Shown here: in pieces, positions 1-10,851 of the stretch
How positions within the stretch are numbered: the stretch's first letter is position 1
How the letters are laid out: every line of letters starts with the position of its first letter
IMG/VR virus record: IMGVR_UViG_3300049596_000679
Location: 21,941 to 85,940 of that record
Length of the DNA stretch: 64,000 bases
Reading direction: 5' to 3' (one strand)
Source: a virus
Taxonomy: Duplodnaviria > Caudoviricetes
The notes under the pieces: generated by a model
What the model was told of the DNA's origin: nothing
The model's input: the letters and a program-made list of their open reading frames with translations, nothing else
Databases searched by the model: none
Position numbers and translations under genes: made by a program

Positions 1-2
1 AA

Positions 3-833
3 GAAAAAACATTCTTTGAATTTGCTCAAACTTTTTGGCATAATACAATTAATGTAAGAAATAGACAATTTATTACCGATGGTAAGACAGGTGGGTACCC
101 AACCCTTCAATCTATCTATTGGAAATATTTAGAATCGGGGCAAGCGATTAATGTCCCTAATGATAACTTTACATATCAAACAATGATTGATTATGTTAAT
201 GGGTTGGGGACTTATTGGATAAAATTAATTGAACAAATGGTTCCTGCAACCACAATATGGAATACCGGTACTAAATTAGAAAACTCAATTTTCCACAGAC
301 AAAAGTTTGTATGGAGAAGACAAATGGGTTGTCAACTTGTACCAGTACCGTGTGATCCTTGTTATGCAATTGGTCAATTAGTGCCTTATGATTGTCCAAT
401 ACAATCTGTTGAGTGTCCTATTTACCCTTGGGGGTCTAGTCCTAACGTTAATTCATTTGGTGTTGTTTTAGGTGATGTTTTGACTACATATTTAAATGAT
501 AATGGTTATAATTTAAATAATGATTGTTTGGTTAACACATTAACATCTGAATGGTATGTTGATGTTAGATTAAATGGAAATCAAATTATAGATTATAAAT
601 TCTTTGATGGGTATGGTTATTCTGTTAGTGGAACAAGTTTCCCAACTCAAGTGAATTGGTTAAATGCCCTTTATGACTCATTACCACAAATGATTAATGA
701 AGGTTTAACGTTTAATATTGATGAAACAACAAATATTGTGACAATTTTTAATAATAATTGTATTTCACTTAATAACCAAAACAATTTTGAATTAAATGTG
801 GGGATAAATTTTGATATAATTTGTAATCAATAA
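3..833 (+). CDS. Putative virion structural protein, 5'-truncated by the window edge
   Basis: The frame is open from nt 3 (EKTFFEFAQ...) through the ATG at 183, so the gene starts before the window. Its C-terminal domain (VDVRLNG...FFDGYG...P...W...L) resembles residues ~625-720 of the next ORF. Confidence 0.6.
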   Translation, partial: EKTFFEFAQTFWHNTINVRNRQFITDGKTGGYPTLQSIYWKYLESGQAINVPNDNFTYQTMIDYVNGLGTYWIKLIEQMVPATTIWNTGTKLENSIFHRQKFVWRRQMGCQLVPVPCDPCYAIGQLVPYDCPIQSVECPIYPWGSSPNVNSFGVVLGDVLTTYLNDNGYNLNNDCLVNTLTSEWYVDVRLNGNQIIDYKFFDGYGYSVSGTSFPTQVNWLNALYDSLPQMINEGLTFNIDETTNIVTIFNNNCISLNNQNNFELNVGINFDIICNQ

Positions 834-3514
834 TGGGATCAATAAGTACATATGGTTTTTCTGTAACAGGAGATTGTACAAATATGGGGTTAGGTGAGGT
901 AACTTTTTCTGTTACGGGAGATAGTCCAAATTGGTTGGTTATTGAAACACCTACCGCCAATCTTAATTTACCAACTTCCGCATTAACGGTAGTTGATTAT
1001 GTTTATTATTATTCAGGTTTAAGTGCGGGTAGTTACTTTTTACAAGTATATGACTCAACATATAGTAATTATGAGGTTGTAAATTTTTATATTTCTTCAG
1101 GTACCTGTGTTTCAATTAATACAACAGATACTACTTGTGGTTTTAATAATGGAGGTATAACTGCAACAACACAATCTTATTATGGTGGTGGTGCAGGTGC
1201 TACTTTTGTTTTATATGATATTAATAATAATTTTATTTCAAGCGGAACTTCGGTAAGTAATGAATATGTTTTTCCTCCTGTTTCTGGTGGAACTTATTAT
1301 GTTGTTGCTGATGATGGGGGTGGTTGTCAAGGTATAAGTGAATCCTGTATTGTTAAAGAATCAATACCATTTGATTATGGTTATTATGTTGTAAATGATG
1401 GAAGTTGTATAAGTAATGATGGTAGTGGTAAAATATTTTTAACAGGTTTATCTGATCCAAGTTTATACACGGTTAATTGGTTAACGAGTGTTAATGGGCA
1501 AACTGGAACAACGGTAACAGGTTTAACTGCTGGATTGTATAACGTACAAGTGACCAATGAAGATGGATGTGTTGCAAGTAAAATAATTACAATTACTGGT
1601 GTGGAACCATTAGGTATTGGTGGTTTTATGACATATCCACCAAGTTGTTTCACTAATGATGGTGAAATAAACATAATTGTAACAGGTGGAACCGCACCAT
1701 ATTATATTGGATGTTCAAATGGTGATAGTACAATAATATTTAATAACGATTATACGTTTACAGGTTTATTTTCGGGAACATACAATTTTAACATAATAGA
1801 TGCCGGAGTATGTACCGTATCAGGGACAACTTCTATCAACACATCTAATAGTTTTCAGGTATTAAGTGTTAATACCGTAAATTCAACTTGTAATGATAAT
1901 ACGGGATCGGTAACTATTACGTTAATTGGTTCGGGATATTATACATATAGTTTAACAAATTCATCAAATAATACAACAACTTTTGGTCCTACTACTAATA
2001 TAGTACAACAATTTAATACATTATCTTCAGGTAATTATGATTTGGTTGTAACTGATGGTATATGTACATATGAAACCACAATTACAATTGATAATACTGA
2101 AAAATTTACAATTTCCGCAATTACTCAAAATACTACTTGTGGGTTAAATGATGGATCAATACAATTATTAGCAAGTAGTGGTGGGACATTACCTTATAGT
2201 TATCAGATTACGGGATTTCCACCTTCATTAACCACTACTTTTAATGATTTAGCTCCTGGTAATTATGTTGGTACGGTAACCGATAATACGGGTTGTTCGC
2301 AAACTTTAAATCTTTATATTAATAATTCTAATGGGGTATTATTTGATTTAATTGTGACTCAACCAACAAGTGGTAATAATGGTCAAATTGATACTATTAT
2401 ATATAACGGAACACCAACATTTACATATGATTGGAGTCCAAACGTTAATGGTCAAACAGGATCAACCGTTACATCATTAAGTGGTGGTACATATAGTTTG
2501 GAGTTAACAGATTCAAGTGGATGTACATATACAAAAACGGTTACTTTATCAGGAACTAATAAAAAATTAAGTTATCAAACATATAACATATGTAATGATA
2601 ATTTCCAAAATACGGGAATACTTGGTAAACGAGGTATGCAACAAATGTTATCCGAAGGTTTTGCAGATTTAACATATGATGATACTGGATGTGTTATTGT
2701 TAACGCTAATTTTATTGCGGATGTTACGGTTGATGGAGTGAATACTCAAGAATCCTTTTATATTTCATCAGGATTAACGGATTATCCATCTGATTATACT
2801 TGGGGACAAACTCTTATTGGGGTTTTAGAAAGTTATGATGGTATCAGTAAAGTTGAGATAGACTATACAACTAATGAAATAAAAATTTATAATAAATGTG
2901 TTGAAATTAATGGATGTCAACCTGAAACTATTTATTATTTATCTGATGCGAATATTGTAATCAATCTAAAATTAGAATATAATATTTCTTGTTATCAATG
3001 TGTTGTAACCCCAACCCCAACCCCAACACAAACGGTAACACAAACGGTAACCTCAACACAAACGTTAACCCCAACACAAACGTTAACACAAACGGTAACC
3101 CCAACACAAACGGTAACACAAACGGTAACCCCAACACAAACGGTAACCCCAACACAAACCACAACACAAACGGTAACCCCAACACAAAGTGTTACAAGCA
3201 CTCCTACACCTACAGTGACACCTACAAATACGGAAACACAAACACCAACTCCTACACCTACGCCAACAGAAACAACAACGCCTACACCAACTCCTACACT
3301 AACTCCAACACCAACAATACCTTGTAATACTTATTGGTTATTTGAGGGTGGTTTTGCAGGAGCTACGTTTGATTATACAGATTGTGATGGAGCATTACAA
3401 ATGGTTTTGGTTGGTATAGGTAGTTCCGAATCTCGTTGTGGCTACCTTTTACCCGATCCAACACTAATATCAGGTAGTGGGACATTTTCAGATTCAGGAC
3501 CTTGCCCTCCTTAA
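833..3514 (+). CDS. SprB-repeat protein with a mucin-like Thr/Pro linker; putative fibre/virion protein
   Basis: Repeated GGTxPY...LxxGxYxxxVTDxxGC units (SprB-type beta repeats) and a ~110 aa TPTQTV/TPTPT tract near the C-terminus. Confidence 0.7.
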   Translation: MGSISTYGFSVTGDCTNMGLGEVTFSVTGDSPNWLVIETPTANLNLPTSALTVVDYVYYYSGLSAGSYFLQVYDSTYSNYEVVNFYISSGTCVSINTTDTTCGFNNGGITATTQSYYGGGAGATFVLYDINNNFISSGTSVSNEYVFPPVSGGTYYVVADDGGGCQGISESCIVKESIPFDYGYYVVNDGSCISNDGSGKIFLTGLSDPSLYTVNWLTSVNGQTGTTVTGLTAGLYNVQVTNEDGCVASKIITITGVEPLGIGGFMTYPPSCFTNDGEINIIVTGGTAPYYIGCSNGDSTIIFNNDYTFTGLFSGTYNFNIIDAGVCTVSGTTSINTSNSFQVLSVNTVNSTCNDNTGSVTITLIGSGYYTYSLTNSSNNTTTFGPTTNIVQQFNTLSSGNYDLVVTDGICTYETTITIDNTEKFTISAITQNTTCGLNDGSIQLLASSGGTLPYSYQITGFPPSLTTTFNDLAPGNYVGTVTDNTGCSQTLNLYINNSNGVLFDLIVTQPTSGNNGQIDTIIYNGTPTFTYDWSPNVNGQTGSTVTSLSGGTYSLELTDSSGCTYTKTVTLSGTNKKLSYQTYNICNDNFQNTGILGKRGMQQMLSEGFADLTYDDTGCVIVNANFIADVTVDGVNTQESFYISSGLTDYPSDYTWGQTLIGVLESYDGISKVEIDYTTNEIKIYNKCVEINGCQPETIYYLSDANIVINLKLEYNISCYQCVVTPTPTPTQTVTQTVTSTQTLTPTQTLTQTVTPTQTVTQTVTPTQTVTPTQTTTQTVTPTQSVTSTPTPTVTPTNTETQTPTPTPTPTETTTPTPTPTLTPTPTIPCNTYWLFEGGFAGATFDYTDCDGALQMVLVGIGSSESRCGYLLPDPTLISGSGTFSDSGPCPP
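3005..3320 (+). repeat. Tandem coding repeat (acacaaacggtaacccca-like units) encoding TPTQTV/TPTP
   Basis: Imperfect 12-18 bp tandem units are directly visible. Confidence 0.9.
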
Positions 3515-3555
3515 TTTAAATTCACTTTTATTTATTATGTGATATCTTTTAATAT

Positions 3556-4530
3556 ATGGAAGATATTCTTTTTGTTACCGCACAACCTGACGTACCTTAT
3601 TTTCATTGGCAAGTAAAGTTGTATACGCATAATTTCATTGAGAAAGGAATTAAACCTTGTCAGATCCATGTAATTTTTGGATTACAAAAAAAACAACAAC
3701 CATCACAAGGTGCTTTAGAATTATGTGATTATGGTTTTAATGTTCATTTTTATGATGACGATAGAGAAACCAAATCATATATACCAAGTATAAAACCATA
3801 TTTAATTTTTCAATGGTTAAACGAATATCCTGAAAATAGTAAATTATTTTTCTTACACGATTCAGATATCATATTCAGTAGATTACCAGATTTTGATAAG
3901 TTATTAAATGATAATATTTCATATCTATCCGACACAATAGGGTATATTGGTTACAACTACATTAAAGATTGTTGTGATAGATATGAGAAACAATATCCAT
4001 CATCAAACAAAGAGCAATTATTTCAAGAAATGGCTGACATTATTGGGATTGATGTTGATTTAATTAAACAAAACCAAGAAAATTCAGGTGGAGGACAATA
4101 CCTTATTAAAAATACGGATCCTTTATTATGGGGTAAGATTTATGATGATTGTACTCCACTTTATAATCAAATGTTGGATTACCAAAGAAGGTTCCCAATT
4201 AATCCAGGTCAAATACAATTTTGGACTGCAGAAATGTGGTCGTTATTATGGAATATGTGGAATTCAGGATATGAGACAAAAATTACAAATGAATTAGATT
4301 TTTCTTGGGCAACTGATGATATTGATATTTATAATAAAAAACCAATATTACATATGGCAGGTGTAACCGACCAATTAAAAACTACAAAATTTTATAAGGG
4401 AGATTTTATAAACAGGAATCCAATTGAGGATTTAAGGAATGATAGTAATTACTTCAATTATGTGGATAAAAATAGTTCCACAATTAAATATATTGAAGTA
4501 ATGGAGTCATTTTTAGAAAAAAATAAATAA
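3556..4530 (+). CDS. GT-A glycosyltransferase resembling plant peptidyl-serine galactosyltransferase / Hyp O-arabinosyltransferase (GT96/GT95)
   Basis: Ordered motifs PYFHWQ, YIPSIKPY..QWL, LHDSD (DxD) and WTAEMW parallel the YFDWQ, YPAINKP..HWL, LDAD and WISEMY motifs recalled for SERGT1/HPAT. Confidence 0.65.
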   Translation: MEDILFVTAQPDVPYFHWQVKLYTHNFIEKGIKPCQIHVIFGLQKKQQPSQGALELCDYGFNVHFYDDDRETKSYIPSIKPYLIFQWLNEYPENSKLFFLHDSDIIFSRLPDFDKLLNDNISYLSDTIGYIGYNYIKDCCDRYEKQYPSSNKEQLFQEMADIIGIDVDLIKQNQENSGGGQYLIKNTDPLLWGKIYDDCTPLYNQMLDYQRRFPINPGQIQFWTAEMWSLLWNMWNSGYETKITNELDFSWATDDIDIYNKKPILHMAGVTDQLKTTKFYKGDFINRNPIEDLRNDSNYFNYVDKNSSTIKYIEVMESFLEKNK

Positions 4531-4547
4531 CTGATTATTTATTAGTA

Positions 4548-5873
4548 ATGGGAACTCAACCGATAATAGTAAAACCTGTAAATGAATGTGCAATAATAAC
4601 GTTATTTCCAATGACGGCTATATGTAATAGTAATAATCCAAGTACACCACAATCTTACGATGGATCAGTTAGTGTTTTGGTTAGTGGTGGTACTCCACCA
4701 TATAATATTACTTGGGAAGAAGGTGGATCTGGACCAACAAAGTCTAATCTTGGTGTTGGTGATTATCATGCAACCATAGTTGATTTTTATGGTGATTTTA
4801 CGGCAAATACAATATGTAGTTTAACTGCGGAAACAACAACCACCACAACTTCCACTTCAACAACTACATTACCTGTTTATAGTGGTTTATGTATGTATTT
4901 TACAAATACGCATGGGTCTAACTCGGAAACACATGAATTTTTATTTAATGGGTATTTAAATGGGCAACCTACTTGGAAATCTGATGATAATTTATATGAT
5001 ATATATTGGAGTACAGGAACAACAAATCAATGGTTAGTTGATGGGTGGAGTAATGGTATTATATATAATTCAAACACATCTACACCTCCATTAACGGGAT
5101 GGCAATTCTTAGGTGGAAGTTATTCTGCGTCATATGTAATTACTGTATTGGAAGGGGCTTGTGTGAATAATCCTATGATTAATATGTCAATAAGTACACA
5201 AGCGCCAACGTGTCTTAATAATGGTAGTATTATTATAACTGCAAATGGTGGAACACCGGCATACCAATATTCAATTAATGGAGGAACTACGTATCAATCA
5301 AGTCCGGTATTTAGTAATTTAGGGGGAGGTATTTATAGTGTTATGGTTAAAGATTCGAATAATATAACCACAACACAAAGTGTTACGTTAACATCATTAC
5401 CTATTATTAACAATTATCAAATTCAATTACTTTTAACTGGACCTAATTCTTTTAATATTGTCGTAACACCTACATTACCTATTGGTGCGTACATTACGTT
5501 TAATTTATTACATAATAGTACATTTAAATTAGCTCCTTCACCAACTGTCGCAACATATAATAATTTAGTTACGGTTATTGTTAATGGGGCTCCAATAACA
5601 ACACCATCACCTATCTTAACTACAAGTACAACGTTTAATCCTTGTGATTCAGGGTCAATTTACACAAATATTAATGTAACTAATTGGAATTCAATAACAT
5701 TTAATTCGTCAACTACAATAAGTGGTACTTTTACAAATACTATAAACCCAATAACACCTTTAGTTACTTGTTATAATGTTACTGGTCAAAGTAAATTATT
5801 TATTAATAATGCTAAGTTGAATAAATGTGGATGTTGTAATCTTATAGTTAAAAATCCACCATATAATAAATAA
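4548..5873 (+). CDS. SprB-repeat, Thr-rich putative virion protein
   Basis: SGGTPPY and NGGTPAYQYSI SprB-like repeats, a poly-Thr linker, and TATTTAT at 4536. Confidence 0.65.
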   Translation: MGTQPIIVKPVNECAIITLFPMTAICNSNNPSTPQSYDGSVSVLVSGGTPPYNITWEEGGSGPTKSNLGVGDYHATIVDFYGDFTANTICSLTAETTTTTTSTSTTTLPVYSGLCMYFTNTHGSNSETHEFLFNGYLNGQPTWKSDDNLYDIYWSTGTTNQWLVDGWSNGIIYNSNTSTPPLTGWQFLGGSYSASYVITVLEGACVNNPMINMSISTQAPTCLNNGSIIITANGGTPAYQYSINGGTTYQSSPVFSNLGGGIYSVMVKDSNNITTTQSVTLTSLPIINNYQIQLLLTGPNSFNIVVTPTLPIGAYITFNLLHNSTFKLAPSPTVATYNNLVTVIVNGAPITTPSPILTTSTTFNPCDSGSIYTNINVTNWNSITFNSSTTISGTFTNTINPITPLVTCYNVTGQSKLFINNAKLNKCGCCNLIVKNPPYNK

Positions 5874-5903
5874 AAATTAAGTAATAAACTATTTATTGAT
5901 TAA

Positions 5904-8444
5904 ATGAGTTATATATTAAAAAATACATCAGGGTTAGTTAACACTAGAATTACTGACACCGGAAGGTTAAAATTATCACAAGGTAATTTTAATATATCCT
6001 ATTTCCAAATTGGGGATAGTGAAGTGTCATATAATGAATTACCAAACACTTATAATCAATCAAATAGTGTTGTTTTAGAACCAAGTTTTAATAGTCAAAA
6101 TAACGCTGGGTCTCCTGAATCAAACAAACAAAATATTAAATACCCATATTATGTTGATGACAATAATATTAATACATATGGTATACCATTTATGGATTCT
6201 GTTATTGAACCTGTTTATAATAGAGCTCCACTAAGAGGATTTTTCACAGGTAATACAACCGCATCAACAATTAACTATAGTGCATTTATAGGATCAAAAT
6301 ATGTTGTCACATCCAACTATATTGTTGATATGTCAACATTAGATGGGTCAAATCAAATAAAAATAATTCAAGATATATGTGATCCAACAAATACTAACAG
6401 ACCTGCAATTGGAGATTTTATTACAATATATTATGATGGTTTAGCAAAGTATGATTGTTCTTGTGATAATTTACCTACACCTACACCAACGGCAACAATA
6501 GGTACTACACCAACATTAACTAATACTCCCACTGCGTCAAATACTAATTCTGATCCGTGTGCGTCACCAACACCTACACCAACTCCATCGGCAACACCTT
6601 GTTTGACACCATCAAATAAACCTGTTTGTCCTATACCACCTGATCCATCATGTGTTAAACCTGTTCACTCATGTTTCCCTATCTTAACTTATAGAATTAT
6701 TGATATTTGTGAGAACAATGTGACTTTGGATAGGCCAACACCAAATTATATTGGTTTAAGTACGTATTGTTTTGGTAGAGTATTAGTATACCCACCGAAT
6801 ATGACAACAATATATGATAGTATCACACCTAGACCACATTGGGCTGATGATGTTATTAATTTTGAATCTATTTGTGATGTTGATCAATTTGATGTTAAAG
6901 TATGGAATATGAATATTCCATGGACTGAAAGTCCTGCAGGATTAAGATCTACTGAGTATGAAGATTATACGTATTTTGGTTCTATTGATTATATTGGTAG
7001 TAAAGAATATTTTGGATACAATTCTACATCAGGACAGACTGATACAAGTTATGTGTATTATTATAACTCATTTGATGAAATTGTTCAGGTTAAACCTGAG
7101 GAACAGAAAGCAATTGCAATTATACATTATACTAACCAAACTATCGATTTCTTCTATGGTGAGAAATTTGCGTTGGAACCATACAACAATTCAAATCCTG
7201 ATGATACTACAGGACAAGCAAGAAACTTTAAATTACATATGCCAACATTAATGTGGCATAAAAATCCTGAGTGTTGTTATGGTCAAACATTTTGGGTTGA
7301 TCCTCCGGGATTTGACGGAAAAGATTTATTCCAAGTTCAATATATTAAGTCAACTAAAAATGGTGATATGAACCAACCTGGTATTCGTTATTATCATTTG
7401 TGGGACACCAATGCAAATGCAAATGGATTACCAAGTAGAGTTGGTAAAGTATTCCCTGATAGTAAATTAATTATTATTGATGATGAGGAAATTATAGCTG
7501 CGTTATCATACAAGTCAAATAGAAATTGGACATTAACGGCACCACAGGTATCTTTAATAACTCCTAACACTTGTGGTTTAACTACCGCAACTACTGAAGG
7601 TATTTTAACAGGTAGTAGTGAAACTATGTTTGTTACTTATAGGTTAAGTAATCCTTATAATTTTACTAATTCATTACATTCTAACTATTATTCTAAAATA
7701 CTGGGTAATAATAATGATTGTAATCCTGACACATCTAAAAATGTGGCGGTTAGATTTGGTGCTGAATTTAAATGTTTAACACAACCTGGATATAATCCTG
7801 TTACAACTACAACAACGTATTCTCCATTAACAACTACTACTACTTATCCTTTATTAACAACGACTACAACTTATTTACCATTAACGACTACCACAACAAC
7901 ACATTGCCCAACTACTTGTGATACACCTAGTGGGTTCTTTGCGACTAACTTCCAAGTAATTGCACAAAAAGTGGTAACAGGACAAAGACCTGATCCATCT
8001 AAATGGAAAGTTATTGACTACACTAGTTCGTTATCGGCAACAACAATAAATGGGTATATAACTGAAGAAGGTTTAACTGGAACAACATTTGTTATTACCC
8101 CTGATCTTTATAATAATTCACCATATTATAATCTTAACAATTTCATCCCATTAACACCACTTGGTACTACCACACCTAATCTTAATTTTGGTGATGAGTA
8201 TTTTTTCTATGGATCTTTTGAAAGTGATATACAGGCAACAATTTATGAGATGAGGTATAAAGTAAATTTAAGTTTTGCAGAATTCCAAACCACAACAAAT
8301 CCTACATGGAAAAAAGGGTCTAATTCTTATGTTACTGAGATTGCGTTACTTGATAGTAATAAAGATGTTATGGTGGTTTCTAAAATGCAATCACCTGTGT
8401 TAAGACAAGGTATACAACAATTTGTAGTTAAGTTAGATTTGTAA
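5904..8444 (+). CDS. Putative baseplate/tail structural protein with Thr/Pro tracts
   Basis: C-terminal YVTEIALLD...VVSKMQSPV and N-terminal ITDTGRLKL...YFQIGDSE resemble phage tail-collar/baseplate proteins. Contains TPTP and TTTTTYP repeats. Confidence 0.55.
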   Translation: MSYILKNTSGLVNTRITDTGRLKLSQGNFNISYFQIGDSEVSYNELPNTYNQSNSVVLEPSFNSQNNAGSPESNKQNIKYPYYVDDNNINTYGIPFMDSVIEPVYNRAPLRGFFTGNTTASTINYSAFIGSKYVVTSNYIVDMSTLDGSNQIKIIQDICDPTNTNRPAIGDFITIYYDGLAKYDCSCDNLPTPTPTATIGTTPTLTNTPTASNTNSDPCASPTPTPTPSATPCLTPSNKPVCPIPPDPSCVKPVHSCFPILTYRIIDICENNVTLDRPTPNYIGLSTYCFGRVLVYPPNMTTIYDSITPRPHWADDVINFESICDVDQFDVKVWNMNIPWTESPAGLRSTEYEDYTYFGSIDYIGSKEYFGYNSTSGQTDTSYVYYYNSFDEIVQVKPEEQKAIAIIHYTNQTIDFFYGEKFALEPYNNSNPDDTTGQARNFKLHMPTLMWHKNPECCYGQTFWVDPPGFDGKDLFQVQYIKSTKNGDMNQPGIRYYHLWDTNANANGLPSRVGKVFPDSKLIIIDDEEIIAALSYKSNRNWTLTAPQVSLITPNTCGLTTATTEGILTGSSETMFVTYRLSNPYNFTNSLHSNYYSKILGNNNDCNPDTSKNVAVRFGAEFKCLTQPGYNPVTTTTTYSPLTTTTTYPLLTTTTTYLPLTTTTTTHCPTTCDTPSGFFATNFQVIAQKVVTGQRPDPSKWKVIDYTSSLSATTINGYITEEGLTGTTFVITPDLYNNSPYYNLNNFIPLTPLGTTTPNLNFGDEYFFYGSFESDIQATIYEMRYKVNLSFAEFQTTTNPTWKKGSNSYVTEIALLDSNKDVMVVSKMQSPVLRQGIQQFVVKLDL

Positions 8445-8495
8445 AAAACTTTAGTTTTAACATCTTACTATTATATTATAATAAAACAATCTTTT

Positions 8496-9104
8496 ATGAG
8501 GACACCAATGAAAAATTCACCTAAAGTATTGGGATTAGACATCTCAACTAAAACAATAGGGTGGGCACTATTTGATATTAAAACACAAGATTTATTAGAG
8601 TTAACTCACGTATCTCCAAGACCTAAAAATAAAGATACTGAGGAAAATAAGATGTTAGAATTAATATTAAAATCTGAAGTGTTCAAAACTAAATTAGATG
8701 ATTATAAAAAATTAGGGATTGTAAGTGTTATTATTGAAGAACCATTATTAAACTCTAATAATGTTTATACAATCCAAACTTTATTAAGATTTAATACGTT
8801 AATATGTAAAACAATTTATGATGTGTTAGGTATTGTTCCTGAATTTATTTCTACCTATAACTCAAGAAAATTTGCGTTTCCTGAATTAGTTAAAGAAAAT
8901 GATAAAAAGAAACACGTTTTATTTGGAGGACTTCCTAAGGACATTGATAAGAAAATGATCATATGGGAGTTGGTTGCAAAAAAAGAACCTCAGATCCAAT
9001 GGCAATATACAAGAAACAATACTTTAAAGAAAGAAAACTTTGACCAAACAGACGCTTATGCTTGTGTGTTAGGTTATATGAGAAGTAAGGAAATTTGGAG
9101 TTAA
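8496..9104 (+). CDS. RuvC-like Holliday junction resolvase (RNase H fold)
   Basis: Acidic motifs VLGLDISTKTIGWA, IIEEP and DQTDAY. Confidence 0.75.
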   Translation: MRTPMKNSPKVLGLDISTKTIGWALFDIKTQDLLELTHVSPRPKNKDTEENKMLELILKSEVFKTKLDDYKKLGIVSVIIEEPLLNSNNVYTIQTLLRFNTLICKTIYDVLGIVPEFISTYNSRKFAFPELVKENDKKKHVLFGGLPKDIDKKMIIWELVAKKEPQIQWQYTRNNTLKKENFDQTDAYACVLGYMRSKEIWS

Positions 9105-9131
9105 TATTGGTCTAAATACCAATAATTAGGA

Positions 9132-9160
9132 ATATCGGTTAATTAGCCGATATTTTTTTT
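9132..9160. terminator. Intrinsic terminator between convergent genes
   Basis: aatatcggt-taatta-gccgatatt hairpin followed by a T-run. Confidence 0.75.
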
Positions 9161-9171
9161 ATTTTATATTT

Positions 9172-10851
9172 TTAATTACAAAGACCAATATTGGTAATTG
9201 TAATAAATGTTGAGAATGTTGTTGGAACCGATGATGAACATACTGTTACTGATGAATTACCATTAATATTTTGTTGAGTTGGAGTACCAGTACTACATGG
9301 GTTATACGTAAATTTTTCAGGTTTAATATATGAGTTCTCAATCAAATAATTATAACAAGCTGATGTTGGTGTAGATGGTGTTTGGGTTGGTGTACTTGTT
9401 AATGTTGGTGTTGGTGTTGGGGTATTAATAATAACACACTGTGAACAAGATCCTTCAGATTCAGGACCTAAAATATTTGTTAAAACTATAGTATTAACGC
9501 CAGCAATATCACTTACAAATCCATCATATACAATACAAGTAGATATACCATTAACAAATGATTCGTATACATATCCTTTAGCTGGGGTACCACCTAAAGG
9601 GTCTAAAACAACATCTGTTGTGTAATATAAGAACCCTGTATTGCATTCTTTAAAACGTTTACTACCATTACATATAATATAATCGTCAAACGTGTTGAAT
9701 ACCACAGACCCATCAAAATTACAATTATATTGTGGAGATGGGGTTGGTGTTGCAATCATTTTACCACTTGTTGCGGTAGGTGTTGGTGTTAATACATTTG
9801 CAGTTACCGATATTCCTTTACCACCACAAATTTCAGTTGCGGTTGGAGTTGGTGTTGGGGTGGGTGTTGGAGTACCTGTTACCGTTGCCGTCGGAGTTAA
9901 AGGTAATTCACAATCAAACGCCGCTTCAAATGATATTGGCTGACAGTATTGGGTTGGGGTTGGTGTTGGAATAGGACAAGATCCACCTGTAAAGAAATTA
10001 TCGCATAAATCAGGACAATCTGTATTACAAGGTGATGGGCCAAATAAATAACAATCACCATCTAATGAGTTTGACAAACACCAACGATTATCAGTTGATG
10101 AAAAATAAATATAAAAACCATTTGTTGAACCAGTCCAGAATAATTCACCATTCCACGTACCACCACTTATATATGTGTCATCATAAATAATGTCACCTGT
10201 TGAAATACAATAAGATTCGTAAGGACAAGGACCGGGGGTTAATGTAGGTGTTGGAGTTAAAGTTTGTGTTGGAGTTGGGGTTGGGGTAGGTGTTGTACAA
10301 GCGGCATCATGAAGACTGATACATTCATCACAATCTACATTTTCTGGATCAATATAATCACCAATAGGGTTCCAAACATATGATGGATATCCTATCTGCG
10401 GACTAACAACAGTAAAACAATTACTTTGAGTGTCATTATCCCAAACAACATATACAATACTTCCAAGAATAAGTAACGATATTGAAGAATTTGAAGTTAT
10501 TTCAAGTGTTACTCCAGCACAACATCCTGAAAGATAATATGAGAAAGATTCACTTGTTGGGGTTGGTGTTAACGTTGGAGTTGGGGTTGGTGTTGGGGTT
10601 GCAGGACAAGGGCCTGACTCTAATATTTGTCCGTCCGATTCAAAATAATAATAAATGTAATTTTCATAATAAAAATAAAAATCGCCAATTGATGATATTG
10701 GTGTTGTACATCCTGGGTCCGAATTTACAGTGGTGCCATTAGGGAAAGGTAATGTCGCGGTATCAATGTATACTGATATTGGATCGCCACCACCAGTACA
10801 TAAACCTATTGATGTTGATCCGGTATAGATGGTTATAAGAGTACAAGCCAT
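9172..10851 (-). CDS. Cys-rich multi-domain protein with repeated TPTPTP linkers; putative virion decoration/fibre
   Basis: Six PT-rich tracts separate small Cys-containing domains. The GTWNGELFW...W domain resembles GYLNGQPTW...W in ORF 4548. Confidence 0.55.
   Translation of the reverse strand: MACTLITIYTGSTSIGLCTGGGDPISVYIDTATLPFPNGTTVNSDPGCTTPISSIGDFYFYYENYIYYYFESDGQILESGPCPATPTPTPTPTLTPTPTSESFSYYLSGCCAGVTLEITSNSSISLLILGSIVYVVWDNDTQSNCFTVVSPQIGYPSYVWNPIGDYIDPENVDCDECISLHDAACTTPTPTPTPTQTLTPTPTLTPGPCPYESYCISTGDIIYDDTYISGGTWNGELFWTGSTNGFYIYFSSTDNRWCLSNSLDGDCYLFGPSPCNTDCPDLCDNFFTGGSCPIPTPTPTQYCQPISFEAAFDCELPLTPTATVTGTPTPTPTPTPTATEICGGKGISVTANVLTPTPTATSGKMIATPTPSPQYNCNFDGSVVFNTFDDYIICNGSKRFKECNTGFLYYTTDVVLDPLGGTPAKGYVYESFVNGISTCIVYDGFVSDIAGVNTIVLTNILGPESEGSCSQCVIINTPTPTPTLTSTPTQTPSTPTSACYNYLIENSYIKPEKFTYNPCSTGTPTQQNINGNSSVTVCSSSVPTTFSTFITITNIGLCN

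Noticed and set aside
3005-3320. Possible CRISPR array
   Set aside because: Contiguous in-frame tandem units with no unique spacers. No repeat-spacer array or cas operon was seen anywhere in the window.
2961-3327. Alternative-frame repetitive ORFs (NPNTNG, VCVGVT, LGLPFV)
   Set aside because: Shadows of the TPTQTV tandem repeat inside ORF 833.
8496-9104. TnpB/Cas12 or Cas9-like RuvC effector
   Set aside because: Only 202 aa, with no HTH, zinc finger or HNH domain and no adjacent array; fits a stand-alone resolvase.
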